A DNA stretch of 64,000 bases from assembly GCA_963811025.1 (NCBI GenBank), contig CAWEPX010000033.1:144583-208582 (forward strand). The letters are read 5' to 3'. The DNA is from an uncultured delta proteobacterium. Its GTDB lineage: Bacteria > Desulfobacterota > Deferrimicrobia > Deferrimicrobiales > Deferrimicrobiaceae. The position numbers were made by a program, and so were the translations under genes. Every line of letters begins with the position of its first letter. Within the stretch, counting starts at the first letter, position 1. Positions 1-11,649 of the stretch are shown here, piece by piece. The notes beneath the pieces are model-generated. The model ran no database searches. It saw only the letters and a list, made by a program, of their open reading frames with translations, and was not told the origin of the DNA.

Positions 1-3000
1 CTCGAACGATACGCAACAGGGGCGTGCGCTGAACCGTCGCGTGGAGGTGGAGTTCTGGCACGACGATCCGCTTCAGGATCTTCCCGACGAGCCCCAACTG
101 TGCCCTGACGCCCTCGCCACCGAAACCGTCACCCGCGTCTACGATTCGCCGTCGGGTGGCATTGATCCTATTTTGTTTGAAAACGGCAAGCCTGTGATAC
201 CGGCAGGTTACACCGAACGTTTGCGTCGCATCATGGACGAGATAAGTGACAAGACCAATGTCCGCCTGCGGTTTGTCGGCTACACAAGCAACAAGCGCCT
301 CGACCGGCGGACTGCAGTGGTTTACGGAGACGACATCGGTTTGTCCATGGCGCGTGCACGCCGTTCCATGGCGGCCGTCGACGAGCAGATGGGGTTGGCG
401 GAAGGGCAGTCGGAGTTCGACGGCCGCGGCTATGTTCAGTCAGACGATGTGATAAATGCCGGTTTTATCGAGTCCGATACGTCGAGAGTCAAGGTTCAGG
501 TAGTCTACGATGAACAGATCATCCGCGACGAATACGAAGGCGTGGAAGTCACCCCCATGACTCGCGAGGTGAGCACCGCCGATCCCTTTGCCCTGAATCT
601 CATGCGCATCACGGTAGACGGCAAGCCGCTCGACGATCCGGGAAAATGCAGTTCCGATGTGCAGCGCTGCACCGACGTGGCCCTGGACAATGCCCAAATC
701 CAGGTTAAGTACGACAGCCTGAAGGCGGAACCGCGGTTGAACGTGGCCGCCTGGCCAATTACGGTCCGCTATCGGGATCTGCCGGATACTGCGTTTGCCG
801 AAAACATGGTGCATTTCCGCCTGTACTCGAACTACCGCACCTTTATAGAGAGGGCGGAAGTCAGGATTTTCGAAGAGAAGCAGTCCGTCCGCGATACCCC
901 CATTGCCGTCGTCGAGATGGATGCCGACGGGTTGGCCCAATGGCAGGCCGAGTTCGAGTCCTTCTCCGCGTCGGTTCGCAGGCTGAAATACCTGGTGCGT
1001 GTGTACGACAGAAAGGGGCTTTTTGACGAGACGAGCACCCAGCCACTGTGGGTAGTCGACAAAATCGATCCGTCGGTCGTCGAAGCGAACGTTGACGAAA
1101 AACTGCTGGTCGTTTACGGCGAGAGCCGAATCGCCAGCCGCAATATTCCCCTTCACGGCGGTACGGTGCAGGCGCACGGGACCGCGATTCCAGAAGGAGA
1201 CGGGGTATGGATGGCCGGATACAGAGTGCCGGTGGACAACACCGGTAATTTCGTGGCCGAAGAGATTCTGCCGGAGGGCATGCAAACCGTGGAAGTGGCC
1301 GTGCTCGATGAGTTCGGCGACGGCGAACTATTTCTGCGTGATCTGGCGCTGAAAAAGAACGACTGGTTCACCGTGGGGATCGCCGACCTGACCTTGTCAG
1401 GAGGCAAGACAGACGGACCGGCCGAACGGGTTGCGCCGGATAACCCCCTGTACGGCGACGACTCGAACCTCCAGGGTCGCCTGGCGTTCTATACGACCGG
1501 CAAATTCGAAAACGGCTGGTCGCTGACGGCGAGCGCCGATACGCGCGAAGGTCCCCTGGATGATATCTTTTCCAATTTTCTGGACAAGTCCCCCGAGGCA
1601 TTGTTCAGGCGTATAGATCCGTACTACCACTACCCAACCTACGGAGACGACAGCACCGTCACGCAAGACGCGCCGACCAACGGAAAGTTCTTTGTGAAAG
1701 CGCAAAAAGAGAAAACCTACGGACTCTGGGGCAATTTCAAGATCGCGTATACCGATATCGACCTGGCGCACGTGGAACGCGGGCTTTACGGCGCCAATCT
1801 GCATTATCAACCCCTCGACACCACCAGTTTCGGTGAGCCGCGCCTCTTAGTGGACGGGTATGCCTCGGACCCGGGTACCGTCAAGGGACAGGATGAGTTC
1901 CGCGGCACGGGCGGATCGCTCTATTTCCTGAGGCGCCAGGACGTGCTGGAGGGTTCCGAGCACGTGCGTATCGAGGTCCGCGACAAGGATTCCGGGATTG
2001 TTCTGGGAGTCAAGAACCTGACGCCGGTGCTCGATTACACGATCGACTATCTGCAGGGACGCATTCTGCTATCTCAGCCTCTGTCCCCGACGGCGGACGA
2101 CGGTCTCCTGGTTTCCACCCGCTCCCTCAGCGGGAATCCGGTCTTCCTTGTGACAATTTACGAGTTCACTCCGGGGTTCGACGACCCGGACACGCTGTCT
2201 ACCGGTGGCAGGGTTCATTACTGGTTTAATGACTATGTCAAGATCGGGGCGACTGCAAGTCAGGATGATGAGGAGAACGTCGATAACCGGCTGGTTGGAG
2301 CGGATGTGACCCTGCGCAAGTCCGCGGCGTCGTGGATCAAACTCGAAGCGGGGCATACCAAAGGTCCGGGCGTTTTGGCGACGAATTCCGTGGACGGCGG
2401 TTTCGGTTTCGGCACGGTGGGCAGCTTGCTCGACAATACCGCGGAAGCGCCGGCCTATCGCGTGGATGCCAGTTTGGGCCTCAAGGACATCTTTGAAAAC
2501 GCGCGCGGGAAGGTCACCTTCTACCTGCAGGATCTCGAGGCAGGCTATTCGGCGCCGGGCGTGGCCACCGCACGGGACCTGACCGAATACGGGGGAACGG
2601 CAGAGATACCGTTAACCGACCGTCTGAGCGCACAGTTGAAGATGGACAAGCAGGATCAGCAGGAAGGTCTGGAGACCGAAAACGAGGAACTAGACCTCAA
2701 ATACCAGATAGACGAGCACTGGACCCTGGGGTCGGGGGTGCGTCACGAAGAGCGCAAGGACAATTCGGTGGTGGTTCCCGCCACCCAGGAAGAGGGCGAC
2801 CGGACAGACGCAGTGGCCCGGCTGCAGTACGATTCCAATGCACGATGGAAGACCTACGGGTTCGTTCAGGGCACGGTTCAGTCAAGCGGCACCATTGAGG
2901 ACAATGACCGCGTCGGTGCCGGCGGCAGCTACCGTTTGACCGACAAGTTCAATGTCACCGGTGAGGTTTCCGGAGGAGATCTCGGGCCAGGCGCCAAACT

Positions 3001-4045
3001 CGGGACCGAGTATCTGTATTCCGACCGGACCACCATCTACAGCAATTACACGTACGAGGACGAACGGACGGACAACGGTTTGCTTGCCAGGAAGGGCAAG
3101 ATGACTTCCGGTTTCCGGACTCGTTATTCGGACAGCGCCAGTGTTTACCTCGAAGAGCTGTATACCCACGGCAATGTCCCCACGGGCCTGACGCATTCTG
3201 CCGGTGTAAAGCTCGTGGTTTTCGAGCGGCTCAATGTCGGCGCCAATATCGATTATGGAACCCTCAAGGACCCACTTACTTCGGCTGAACTCGAAAGGAA
3301 GGCGGTGGGCGTGAGCGCCGGCTACGGATTTGACAAGCTGAAGCTTGCCAGCGCCGTGGAATACCGGGTCGACGATATCGAGCAGACCGATCTCAGCTAC
3401 TCCAAACGTACCTCCTGGCTGTTGAAAAACAGTTTCAAGTACCAACTGTCAGAGGATTGGAGGCTTTTAGGCAAATTCAATTACGCTGTGAGTGACAGTT
3501 CGATGGGAGATTCCTATAGCGGTGACTATACGGAAGCGGGACTCGGCTATGCGTATCGCCCCGTCAATAATGACCGACTGAACGCGCTGCTCAAGTACAC
3601 CTATTTCTACAATGTGCCGGCGTTCGACCAGGTGACCGGAACCGGTACGCCGGCCGACTATATCCAGCGCAGCCACATCGGAGCTGTGGACGTCATGTAT
3701 GACCTGACGGACCGTTGGACCGTGGGAGGCAAGTATGCCCACCGGTACGGGCAGGTGTCCCCGGATCGGATTAATCGGGAGTTCTTCACCAGCCGGGCCA
3801 ATCTGTACGTGCTTCGCGCAGACTGGCACATCGTCTACAAATGGGATGCATTGGTCGAAGTGCGCAGACTTGACCTTCCCGACGCGGACGACAACCGCAG
3901 CGGGGTGGTGGTGATGTTGTACCGCCACGTGACCGATCATATCAAGGCGGGAGTTGGCTATAACTTCAGCGATTTCTCGGATGATCTGACCCAACTGGAT
4001 TACAGGTACCAGGGGCTGTGCGTCAACCTGGTCGGGAAGTATTAG
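1..4045 (+). CDS. Large outer-membrane protein with OmpA-like domain(s); 5' end lies outside the window
   Basis: The reading frame is open from nt 2. Window-start residues 'NRRVEVEF' match the OmpA C-terminal motif, and a second OmpA-like segment follows ('RLRFVGYTSN...LSMARARRSMAAV...RVKVQVVYDE'). About 1000 aa of Gly/Tyr/Asp-rich sequence follows with an aromatic C-terminus, consistent with a beta-barrel. It is first in an envelope gene cluster. Confidence 0.6.
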   Translation, partial: SNDTQQGRALNRRVEVEFWHDDPLQDLPDEPQLCPDALATETVTRVYDSPSGGIDPILFENGKPVIPAGYTERLRRIMDEISDKTNVRLRFVGYTSNKRLDRRTAVVYGDDIGLSMARARRSMAAVDEQMGLAEGQSEFDGRGYVQSDDVINAGFIESDTSRVKVQVVYDEQIIRDEYEGVEVTPMTREVSTADPFALNLMRITVDGKPLDDPGKCSSDVQRCTDVALDNAQIQVKYDSLKAEPRLNVAAWPITVRYRDLPDTAFAENMVHFRLYSNYRTFIERAEVRIFEEKQSVRDTPIAVVEMDADGLAQWQAEFESFSASVRRLKYLVRVYDRKGLFDETSTQPLWVVDKIDPSVVEANVDEKLLVVYGESRIASRNIPLHGGTVQAHGTAIPEGDGVWMAGYRVPVDNTGNFVAEEILPEGMQTVEVAVLDEFGDGELFLRDLALKKNDWFTVGIADLTLSGGKTDGPAERVAPDNPLYGDDSNLQGRLAFYTTGKFENGWSLTASADTREGPLDDIFSNFLDKSPEALFRRIDPYYHYPTYGDDSTVTQDAPTNGKFFVKAQKEKTYGLWGNFKIAYTDIDLAHVERGLYGANLHYQPLDTTSFGEPRLLVDGYASDPGTVKGQDEFRGTGGSLYFLRRQDVLEGSEHVRIEVRDKDSGIVLGVKNLTPVLDYTIDYLQGRILLSQPLSPTADDGLLVSTRSLSGNPVFLVTIYEFTPGFDDPDTLSTGGRVHYWFNDYVKIGATASQDDEENVDNRLVGADVTLRKSAASWIKLEAGHTKGPGVLATNSVDGGFGFGTVGSLLDNTAEAPAYRVDASLGLKDIFENARGKVTFYLQDLEAGYSAPGVATARDLTEYGGTAEIPLTDRLSAQLKMDKQDQQEGLETENEELDLKYQIDEHWTLGSGVRHEERKDNSVVVPATQEEGDRTDAVARLQYDSNARWKTYGFVQGTVQSSGTIEDNDRVGAGGSYRLTDKFNVTGEVSGGDLGPGAKLGTEYLYSDRTTIYSNYTYEDERTDNGLLARKGKMTSGFRTRYSDSASVYLEELYTHGNVPTGLTHSAGVKLVVFERLNVGANIDYGTLKDPLTSAELERKAVGVSAGYGFDKLKLASAVEYRVDDIEQTDLSYSKRTSWLLKNSFKYQLSEDWRLLGKFNYAVSDSSMGDSYSGDYTEAGLGYAYRPVNNDRLNALLKYTYFYNVPAFDQVTGTGTPADYIQRSHIGAVDVMYDLTDRWTVGGKYAHRYGQVSPDRINREFFTSRANLYVLRADWHIVYKWDALVEVRRLDLPDADDNRSGVVVMLYRHVTDHIKAGVGYNFSDFSDDLTQLDYRYQGLCVNLVGKY

Positions 4046-4116
4046 AGCGTGGGGGCTTTGCCCGATGGATGCGGAATACAAGGAAAAACGGATTTCCGAG
4101 ATGTGAGGAGGCCAAC

Positions 4117-4632
4117 ATGTTTAGCTGGCAGCGAGGCGTCATTATAGGGATTTCAGTGCTCTTTTTAAGCGCTGTCGCTTACGGGCAGGAAATCTCGAAG
4201 GAACAGATCAAGGGCCTGGATGAACAGGTCCAGGAGGTCAAGAGCGATGTCCTGAGCATCGCGGCGGAATTGAACCAGCTTGAAGAGAAGCTGCTGTATC
4301 CGTCCAACACGCAGGTCGCGGTATTCGTGTCGCTGGCCAACGGCGAGACCTTCCGTCTCGATTCGGTGGAGATCCAGCTGGACGGAGAGCCGGTCGCCTA
4401 CCACCTTTACACCTTCAAGGAGCTTGAAGCCCTGCGGAAGGGCGGGGTGCAGCACATTTACACCGGCAATGTCCGGTCCGGCGGGCATGACCTCCAGGTT
4501 CTGGTCCTCGGCAAAAACGCAGGGGGGACCGATTTCAAAAAATCGGGACGTTTCACGTTCGATAAGGACGTGGGCCCGAAGTTCGTGGAGATATCTCTGG
4601 CCGGCAAGGACATCACCATGAATGACAGGTAG
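4117..4632 (+). CDS. Hypothetical secreted protein (signal peptide, coiled-coil N-terminus)
   Basis: RBS 'gaggagg' precedes ATG 4117. The hydrophobic signal 'VIIGISVLFLSAVAYGQ' is present. No family recognised. Confidence 0.5.
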   Translation: MFSWQRGVIIGISVLFLSAVAYGQEISKEQIKGLDEQVQEVKSDVLSIAAELNQLEEKLLYPSNTQVAVFVSLANGETFRLDSVEIQLDGEPVAYHLYTFKELEALRKGGVQHIYTGNVRSGGHDLQVLVLGKNAGGTDFKKSGRFTFDKDVGPKFVEISLAGKDITMNDR

Positions 4633-4635
4633 ACC

Positions 4636-6528
4636 ATGAAGAGGCTGATAGTTTCATTGACCATTCTGATATTTTCAACGCCTTCGGCGTCGGCCGGACC
4701 GTCCGCTCCGAAGGAGCTGAGGGACCTCCACTTCGGAGAGGCCCTCTATTGCGCGTATCAGGGAGATTGGTTCGACGCCATCTCAAGGCTCGACACCGAA
4801 CTCATGCAGCACTATGGGGTGGACGAGCCAGAACGCGACATCCTTCATTATCATGTCGGCGAAGCGAAGTTCGACGTGGGCGATTTCGAGCTGGCATACC
4901 GGATGCACCGGCGGGCCGGGCGCGCCTATACGGCGGTCATCGAGGGCAACGTCGAGGAGCCGGTGCGCAACGAGGCCATTTTCCGCTTGGCGCGGCTCTA
5001 CTTTCAGAAGGATCAGCCGGTCAACGCCGAGGACGCAGTGGAGAGCATCAGGGGGGACGTCCCGCCGGAGATTCGCAACGACCTGGATTTCCTGCGCGCC
5101 CAGATCCACATGGCCAATGGCCGGTATCCCGATGCCGTGAGAATTCTGAGGGGCCTAAAGGATGCCAAGGGCCTCCAGGGCTTTGCCACATACAACCTCG
5201 GCATCGCCCTTATCAAGGACGGAAAGGAGCTCGAAGGCCGCCAGGTTCTCGACCACACGGGCCAGATAAGCGGCGTTGACGATGTCACCCTGGCGATCAA
5301 GGACAAGGCGAACCTCGTCCTCGGGTTCAAGCTGTTAAAGGAGAAGGATTTCGAGGGTGCCAAGCTGGTGCTTGACCGGGTGCGCCTAAACGGGCCGTTT
5401 TCCAACCGGGCGTTGCTTGCCTCGGGATGGGCGGACGCCTCCCAAGGACGATTCGAGAGGGCGTTGGTGCCCTGGAGCACTGTCGTGACGAGAGAGGTCA
5501 CGGACGCCTCGGTGCAGGAGGCCATGCTCGCCGTCCCTTATGCGTATGGCAAGCTGAACGTGAACAGCAAGGCAGCGGTGATGTACGACGGTGCGCTCGA
5601 GAAGTTCGATGCTGAATTCGACAACCTCGGGGCGTCCATCAAAAGCATCCGCGAAGGCAATTTTCTCCGGGCTCTGACGCGGGAGGAACTGAAACAGGAC
5701 GCTGACTGGGTCGTCAAGCTGCGCGAGCTCCCCCAGACTCCCGAGACATATTACCTGCTTGACCTGATGGCCTCCCATGATTTCCAGGAATCCCTGAAGA
5801 ACTATCTCGACCTGGAGCAGTTGCGCACGAAGCTTTACTCCTGGGAAAAAGATTTGGACGCTTTCGAGGATATCATTGCGCAACGCTGGGCATATTACGA
5901 GCCGCTTCTTCCAGTCATCGACCGGGAGTTCCGGCGGCTTGACTCACAAATGCGCCTGCGCCTGGAGCAGCGGGACCGCATCGAGCAGCGTCTTACGGCC
6001 ATGCTGGTGGTCCCGAGGCCCGATTATTTAGCGACCGCCGAGGAAAGGGTCATCGGTGAGCGGATCGCGCTCTTGGAGCGAAAGCTGACTACGGGTGGCA
6101 CAGCAGTACCCGACGAGGTCGACGCCAGAATCAACCGTTTGCGGGGAGTGCTGCACTGGAACGTCTATACGGAATACGACGGTCGCTTCACAGAGGCCTA
6201 TAAGGATCTACGCGACCTCAATCGAGAGGTGGACCTGTTGAAGAGGCAGTACTCCGCCTTTGTCCGCACCCGCCAAGCCGCCACCCAGAGCTACGAAGGA
6301 TACGACGACGTGATCCGTCGCCTGAGGTCGACGATAGGAAAGGCCCGGGAAAAGGTGGGCCAACTGATGGCACGACAGGGCCAAATGCTCGAGACCATGG
6401 CCGTCAACGAACTCAACGCCCGCCGTGATCGGCTTGCCAAGTTCCAAACCAAGGCAAGTTTTTCCATGGCGGACAGCTATGACCGCGCCACCAGGGCCCA
6501 GATCAAGGAAAAGGAAAAGGGTGAGTAA
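4636..6528 (+). CDS. TPR-repeat periplasmic protein
   Basis: Signal peptide 'MKRLIVSLTILIFSTPSASA'. TPR-like helical repeats throughout. The stop overlaps the next start (taaATG). Confidence 0.65.
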   Translation: MKRLIVSLTILIFSTPSASAGPSAPKELRDLHFGEALYCAYQGDWFDAISRLDTELMQHYGVDEPERDILHYHVGEAKFDVGDFELAYRMHRRAGRAYTAVIEGNVEEPVRNEAIFRLARLYFQKDQPVNAEDAVESIRGDVPPEIRNDLDFLRAQIHMANGRYPDAVRILRGLKDAKGLQGFATYNLGIALIKDGKELEGRQVLDHTGQISGVDDVTLAIKDKANLVLGFKLLKEKDFEGAKLVLDRVRLNGPFSNRALLASGWADASQGRFERALVPWSTVVTREVTDASVQEAMLAVPYAYGKLNVNSKAAVMYDGALEKFDAEFDNLGASIKSIREGNFLRALTREELKQDADWVVKLRELPQTPETYYLLDLMASHDFQESLKNYLDLEQLRTKLYSWEKDLDAFEDIIAQRWAYYEPLLPVIDREFRRLDSQMRLRLEQRDRIEQRLTAMLVVPRPDYLATAEERVIGERIALLERKLTTGGTAVPDEVDARINRLRGVLHWNVYTEYDGRFTEAYKDLRDLNREVDLLKRQYSAFVRTRQAATQSYEGYDDVIRRLRSTIGKAREKVGQLMARQGQMLETMAVNELNARRDRLAKFQTKASFSMADSYDRATRAQIKEKEKGE

Positions 6529-9500
6529 ATGAAGCGGATCCGACTTTTCCTTTGCGCGGCGCCATTGATGCTGGCCGCATGTGCCTCGGTAAGCAACAGG
6601 GATACCATTGCCACGTTGCGACATGAGCATATCGAGATCAAGGAGGAGAAGATCGAGGGCGGGCTTGAGAAAGCGATGATGAGTTACAAGCGTTTCCTGA
6701 AGGACAAGCCGGACTCCACCTTGACGCCAGAGGCCATTCGTCGTCTGGCCGACCTGAAGATCGAAAAAGAATACGGCACCTTCACGACGGACGCCGGGAC
6801 TACCGGGTCGGCCCGGGCGTTGCCCCCCCCTGAACACGTGACGCCTCCCGAGTCCTCTCCGGTCGCCGGAGCAGCGCCGGAGCAGGCAGTGGCGCATATT
6901 CCGGTCCACGACGAGTCTGAGGCGGACTTTGTAGATCGTGCAGCCCACAGCCTGGCGGCGGACAGCACGGCGACGGCCACTGACAGGTCCGTCGGAGGAA
7001 CCGGCGATCTCGAACGGACTGGCGCCCGCGAGGCCATTGCGCTTTACCAGAAGCTTCTCGATGATTACCCCCTTTATGAACGCAACGACCAGGTGCTGTA
7101 CCAGATGTCCCGAGCGTATGAGGAACTGGGGCAGACCGAGGAGGCCATGGCGGTCATGGACCGGATGGTCCGCGAGTATCCACAGTCTCGGTATTTCGAT
7201 GAGGTGCAATTCCGGCGCGCTGAATACTACTTCGTGCACAGGCGCTACTTGGATGCCGAGAATGCCTACGAGAGCATCGTGAATATGGGCGCCGATTCAC
7301 AGTTCTACGAGCTGGCCCTGTACAAGCTGGGATGGACGTTCTACAAGCAGGACCTCTATGAGGACGGCCTGCAATGGTTTATCGCCCTAATGGACCACAA
7401 GGTGTCGGTGGGGTACGACTTCGAACAGACCGAGGACGAGCAGGAACGAAAGCGGACAGACGACACCTTCCGGGTCATCAGCTTGAGTTTTTCCAACCTC
7501 GGCGGAGCCGATTCCGCGGTGGAATACTTCTCGAAACACGGCAAGCGCAGCTACGAGGACAGCATATACAGTAACCTCGGCGAATTCTACTTCGACAAGC
7601 GCCGTTACGCCGACGCCGCCGCGACCTACAAAGCCTTCGTGGATCGCAACCCGTACCACAAGGCGGCACCGAACTTCCAGATGCGGATTATCGAAATTCA
7701 CGCTGCCGGCGGATTTCCCACTCTCGTTCTTGACTCCAAAAAGACATTCGCCGCGGCCTACGGTTTGCAGGCTGATTACTGGAAGTATTTTGCTCCGGGG
7801 GAGAGGCCGGACGTCCTTGGTTATCTGAAAACCAACTTGACCGACCTGGCGAACCATTATCATGCCTGCTATCAGGACCCCCGGCTGGCCAAGGGAAAAA
7901 TCTGCAAACTTCGAAGAGGCGCTGCACTGGTACAGGGAGTTTCTGACCTCGTTCCCCGCGGACCCCGAATCGCCTGCTATCAACTACCAGTTGGCGGATC
8001 TACTGATGGAAAACCGGTCGTTCGGAGAAGCGGCCGTGGAATTCGAGAAGACCGCGTACAACTATCCGACCCATGCAAAATCCTCCCAGGCTGGCTTCGC
8101 GGCGGTCGCCGCGTACCGGGAGCAACTGGCCGCCGCCGCTCCGGAAGACCAGGACGCGGTCAAACGGGAGGTCGTTCGCAGTTCGCTTACGTTTGCCGAT
8201 ACCTTCCCGGAACACGAAAAGGCTGCGATCGTTCTCGGGGCGGCCGCGGATGACCTGTACGGGATGAAGGAATATGAACAGGCGCGCGCCGCCGCCAACA
8301 GGCTCATCGAGGCGTTCCCCAGCGCAGAAACTGACGTCGTCCGCGAGGCCTGGCTGGTCGTCGGCCATGCATCTTACGAACTCTCGCGCTACGGCGAGGC
8401 CGAGGGCGCCTATATGAATGTATTATCGTTGCTTCCAGCGGAGGACACATCGCGCGAAGCTCTGATGAACAATCTCGCGGCATCGATTTACAAGCAAGGG
8501 GAGCAGGCCAATGCCGCCCAGGATTATAGAGCCGCAGCGGACCACTTCCTGCGGGTGAGCCGCGTGGCGCCGACCTCGAAAATCAGGCCGACCGCCGAAT
8601 ATGACGCTGCCGCGGCCCTGATCCAGGTCAAGGACTGGGAGGCGGCAGCATCGGTGCTGGTTGGATTCCGCAATACCTTTCCCGAGCACCCGTTGCAGCC
8701 CGAAGTGACAAAGAAGATCGCCTATGTCTACAGGGAAAACAATCAACTTTCCCTCGCGGCCATCGAGTATGAACGTATCGAAAGGGAATCCCGGGACGAC
8801 GAGACCAGGCGGGATGCTCTCCTGGTTGCGGCGGAGTTGCATGAAAAGGCAAACAATAGCGCCCGCGCGCTTGAGGTGTACCAACGCTACGTGGGCTTTT
8901 TCCCGCAACCGGTGGAGCTCAACCTGGAGACGCGAAACAAAATTGCCGGGATCCTGAAGGCACAGAACGACCGCACATCCTATCTTGAGGAACTCGAAAA
9001 GATCGTAGCCATCGACGCCTCGGCGGGGAGCGAACGGACCCTGCGGACCCGCGAACTTGCCGCACAGTCCGCATTGGTGTTGGCCGAGCAGGCATATGAC
9101 GCGTTTATTGCCGTCGACCTGGTACAACCCTTTGAGGTCAATCTGCAGAAGAAGCGCGAGCTGATGAAGATTGCTACACAGAAATTCAGTCAGCTCGTGG
9201 ATTACGAGATTGGGGACATCACTGCCGCGGCGACGTTCTATCTGGCCGAGATCTACGCCAACTTCAGCAAGGCCCTGATGGCGTCGGAGCGTCCCACGGA
9301 CCTGAGCCCCTTGGAACGGGAACAGTACGAACTGGCCATCGAAGAGCAGGCCTATCCGTTCGAAGAAAAGGCCATCGAGGTCCATGAGAGCAATCTCAAG
9401 CTGATCTCCCGCGGGGTATACAATGCGTGGATCGAAAAGAGCCTTCAGAAACTGGCGAAGTCCGTGCCCGCGCGATATGACAGGCCGGAAGATGCCAGCG

Positions 9501-9967
9501 GCATCATCAGTTCGGCGGACACTTACGTTTTTGCAATCGACAGACCGATTCCAGCGTACTCCCACGTGGCGAAATCCGTGGGGTCCGTTAATGCGCCTCC
9601 CGCCCAGGCTCAAGAACCCGGATCAGTAACGGAGTCTGACATTGCAGCACCTGCCCAGGCCGGAGAACCCGTCGCTACGACAGAGCCGGAAACAGCGGCG
9701 CCGGCCCTGGTCGAAGAACCCGGATCCATAACGGAGTCTGGCACCGCACCGCCTGCCCAGGTCCAGGAACCAGGATCTGAGACGGAGTCCGACACCACGG
9801 CGACTCCCCAGGCTGAACAACCCCGACCTGTGATGGGGCCGGACACTGCGGCGCCCGCCAAGGCCGAAGAACCCGTATCCGTGATGGAGCCGGAGACTGC
9901 TGCACCTGCGCAAAGCGACCGCATGGGCCAGCCCCCGATAAGAACGGGCGATGCAACAAGGAGGTAA
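6529..9967 (+). CDS. Large TPR-repeat lipoprotein (~1140 aa, GltD/AgmU-like), interrupted by a frameshift near 7870-7890
   Basis: Lipobox 'LMLAACAS'. Two overlapping ORFs (6529-8253 and 7862-9967) read as one continuous TPR protein if one indel is repaired: '...LANHYHA' in one frame continues as 'EKSANFEEALHWYREFL' in the next. The C-terminus carries acidic Pro/Glu/Thr 17-aa repeats. Confidence 0.6.
9598..9930 (+). repeat. About 6.5 diverged 51-nt tandem repeats encoding a 17-aa 'APAQxxEPGSxTESDTA'-type unit
   Basis: Successive units are visible in the sequence, e.g. cctgcccaggccggagaacccgtcgctacgacagagccggaaacagcggcg / ccggccctggtcgaagaacccggatccataacggagtctggcaccgcaccg. Confidence 0.7.
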
Positions 9968-9970
9968 GCG

Positions 9971-10663
9971 GTGCACAGCATGCATATAAGAATGTTGCGA
10001 AGGATACAAACACGAACGTGCGCCGGATTCGCCGTTCTTGCAATGGCGCTGGCGGTTCTCGCCGGGTGCGCAACTGGTGGAAAGGTCAAGGCCCCGGATG
10101 CTCATGAACCCTCCGCGGTTAAGGGCCCCTCAGTGGCGAGACTCGCGGATGGCCGGGAAGGGTTCATCATCACGGAAGTCCCCACGATGGATGAGGCGGC
10201 GCGCAGGGACTTCGATCGCGCCGTTGCCATGCTGAAGGACCAGGATTATGAACGGGCCATCGACCTTCTTGAAAAGGTCATCGAGCAGTCGCCGGGCGTC
10301 ACGGCGCCATATATCGACATCGCGATTGCCTATCAGCGCATCGGCAAGCCGGAGCGGGCCGAGGAGCATCTTCGCACAGCGCTGACGCTATTTCCCGGGC
10401 ACCCGGTGGCATGTAATGAATACGGTCTCTTGTATCGCAAGACCGGACGGTTTACCGAGGCGCGGGAGATTTATGAGAAGGCAATCGAGCGCTTTCCGGA
10501 TTATTATCCGGCGCACAAAAATCTCGGGATTCTCTGCGACCTGTATCTGAATGATCCGGCGTGCGCCTTGGAGCATTACGAGATATACAGCATCGCCAAT
10601 CCGGATGATACGCAGGTCACATTGTGGGTCGCGGATTTGCGCGCCCGGCTTGGACGCGATTAA
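9971..10663 (+). CDS. TPR-repeat lipoprotein
   Basis: Lipobox 'VLAGCATGG'. TPR motifs (e.g. '[27 protein letters not shown]'). Confidence 0.65.
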   Translation: MHSMHIRMLRRIQTRTCAGFAVLAMALAVLAGCATGGKVKAPDAHEPSAVKGPSVARLADGREGFIITEVPTMDEAARRDFDRAVAMLKDQDYERAIDLLEKVIEQSPGVTAPYIDIAIAYQRIGKPERAEEHLRTALTLFPGHPVACNEYGLLYRKTGRFTEAREIYEKAIERFPDYYPAHKNLGILCDLYLNDPACALEHYEIYSIANPDDTQVTLWVADLRARLGRD

Positions 10664-10675
10664 GGAGGGACAGCG

Positions 10676-10962
10676 ATGCGTCGCATTTTGGTCCTGTGTG
10701 TGTGTTTGGTACTCTTCCCGGCTGTCCTGCCGCAGCCGGGGATGTGGATAGCGAAGAGCAATCGGAAGCCAAGGAGCTATCCGGCATGTCGATCGTCGGC
10801 AATGACGAAGCACCGAAATCCCTTTACATCGTTCCCTGGAAAAGCTCGGAAATCGGCGCGGAGACCAGCCTGGACACGATGTTGAATGAAGGCGATGTGC
10901 CGGTGGACCGGGACGTTTTCAAGCGGCAGCTTAGATTTTATCAAGTCAGCACGAAGAAATAA
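10676..10962 (+). CDS. Small secreted acidic protein, apparently frameshifted after its signal peptide
   Basis: The signal peptide 'MRRILVLCVCLVLFPAV' is in frame 2. The mature-looking part 'LPGCPAAAGDVDSEEQ...PKSLYIVPWKSSEIG...' is in frame 1. The switch falls at a 'gtgtgtgtgtttgg' run. Confidence 0.35.
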
Positions 10963-10996
10963 CTTTGTTGTCTCGTTTGGGGAGAGGAGGAAAGCG

Positions 10997-11647
10997 ATGG
11001 GATTCTATTCAATAGTGGCGTTTTTCCAGAAGGGTGGGGTGTTCATGTACCCGATCCTGCTCGTGTTTGCGGTTGGGATGGCCATCGCGTTTGAACGCTG
11101 GGTTCAGTTGAACCGCATCCGGGGCGTAAATCAAAAGATGTGGGACATGCTGCATCCGGTGCTGGTCAAGGGAGAGTTCGATAAAGCCCGGGAAATGGTC
11201 AGCAAGGACAAATCCAGCATGGCGCAGATGCTGGGGATGGGACTGGCGCGCCAGGGCGCGGTCCGGCGGCGCGAAGACATCGAAATCGCCATGGAAGAGA
11301 GCATGATGGAGATCATCCCCCAGCTGGAGAAGCGCACGCCCTACGTGGCGCTGCTCTCCAATATCGCCACCCTGCTGGGGTTGCTCGGCACCATCATGGG
11401 GCTGATCGAGGCCTTCACCGCCGTTGCCAATGCCAACCCCGCCGAAAAGGCCGACCTGCTCTCGGCCAGCATCTCGGTGGCCATGAACACCACCGCCTTC
11501 GGACTGATGTCCGCGATTCCGCTGCTGCTGTTCCATGCCAAGCTGACCTCGACCGCCGGCCAGATCGTGGACAGCCTGGAAATGGCATCGGTCAAGACGC
11601 TGAACACCATCTCCAATTTCGCCAAGCGTCAATTCGAGAGGAGCTGA
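10997..11647 (+). CDS. MotA/TolQ/ExbB proton-channel protein
   Basis: RBS 'ggagaggagg' then ATG. Three TM helices and the TolQ/ExbB signature '...LLGLLGTIMGLIEAF...AMNTTAFGLMSAIPLLLFH'. Confidence 0.85.
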   Translation: MGFYSIVAFFQKGGVFMYPILLVFAVGMAIAFERWVQLNRIRGVNQKMWDMLHPVLVKGEFDKAREMVSKDKSSMAQMLGMGLARQGAVRRREDIEIAMEESMMEIIPQLEKRTPYVALLSNIATLLGLLGTIMGLIEAFTAVANANPAEKADLLSASISVAMNTTAFGLMSAIPLLLFHAKLTSTAGQIVDSLEMASVKTLNTISNFAKRQFERS

Positions 11648-11649
11648 CC

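Noticed and set aside
8423-9613. 396-aa minus-strand ORF
   Set aside because: It is antisense to the TPR lipoprotein and has Arg/Gly-rich low-information composition typical of high-GC shadow ORFs.
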